Below, piece by piece: positions 15,062-15,174 of a DNA stretch of 15,174 nucleotides. Position numbers and translations under genes: made by a program. The first letter of the stretch is position 1. Each line of letters begins with the position of its first letter. The DNA is taken from contig JBHIBG010000064.1 of the NCBI GenBank assembly GCA_046758965.1, positions 1 through 15,174 on the forward strand, read 5' to 3'. The stretch comes from Candidatus Methylomirabilia bacterium (GTDB lineage: Bacteria; Methylomirabilota; Methylomirabilia; Rokubacteriales; CSP1-6). The notes below the pieces were generated by a model. The model was not told where the DNA came from, did no database searches, and saw only the letters and a list, made by a program, of their open reading frames with translations.

Positions 15062-15174
15062 ATGTTAACGGCGAAGAATATCGGGGCAGTGGAGCGGTGG
15101 GCCCGTCTGATTGGGGGCGTCCTCCTGATTCTCCTCGGAGTGAGCCTGGCGGGCTGGGCCGGCTGGGTGAGCGG
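15062..15174 (+). CDS. DUF2892 (YgaP-like) small membrane protein, partial (runs off the window)
   Basis: Manual translation from ATG 15062 gives MLTAKNIGAVERWARLIGGVLLILLGVSLAGWAGWVS..., matching the KN(I/V)G..(D/E)R..R...G pattern followed by a TM helix. Not in the ORF track because no stop lies in the window. The start is uncertain. Confidence 0.65.
   Translation, partial: MLTAKNIGAVERWARLIGGVLLILLGVSLAGWAGWVS

Noticed and set aside
14883..15068. 61-aa ORF after the mutase small subunit
   Set aside because: Despite a GTGA overlap it has low-complexity composition and no motif; probably spurious, though not excluded.
1..15174. CRISPR arrays, tRNA/rRNA genes, transposases or integrases
   Set aside because: No regularly spaced repeats, RNA-gene signatures or mobile-element ORFs were seen; nearly all the sequence is explained by the listed CDSs.

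Overview
GC-rich bacterial window in which every supported gene lies on the + strand. (1) 46-4112 is a three-gene regulatory module with the architecture of the aioXSR/arxXSR/arrTSR metalloid sensors: an AioX/PhnD-family periplasmic oxyanion-binding protein, a HAMP-PAS histidine kinase and a sigma54 (NtrC-type) response regulator. (2) 4113-4416 carries two candidate enhancer palindromes and a correctly spaced sigma54 -24/-12 promoter. (3) 4417-12463 is a tightly coupled operon: small Tat-signal protein, Tat-exported Cys-ligated bis-MGD molybdo/tungsto-enzyme of the DMSO-reductase superfamily, four-cluster Fe-S subunit (one cluster probably [3Fe-4S]), secreted monoheme cytochrome c, TorD-type chaperone, stand-alone CydA-like membrane protein, membrane-anchored diheme cytochrome c and an Mrp/NBP35 Fe-S carrier. 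The catalytic subunit lacks the ArrA, ArxA and AioA signatures, and the operon has no NrfD/PsrC anchor. It is therefore a candidate undescribed oxyanion-responsive periplasmic respiratory complex (possibly As or Sb), perhaps oxidative; the substrate is inference only. (4) 12842-14886 is a split B12-dependent acyl-CoA-mutase-family pair whose active-site and cobalamin-binding motifs are strongly non-canonical. (5) A partial DUF2892-like membrane protein runs off the right edge. All family calls are from motif recognition by eye; no database searches were run.
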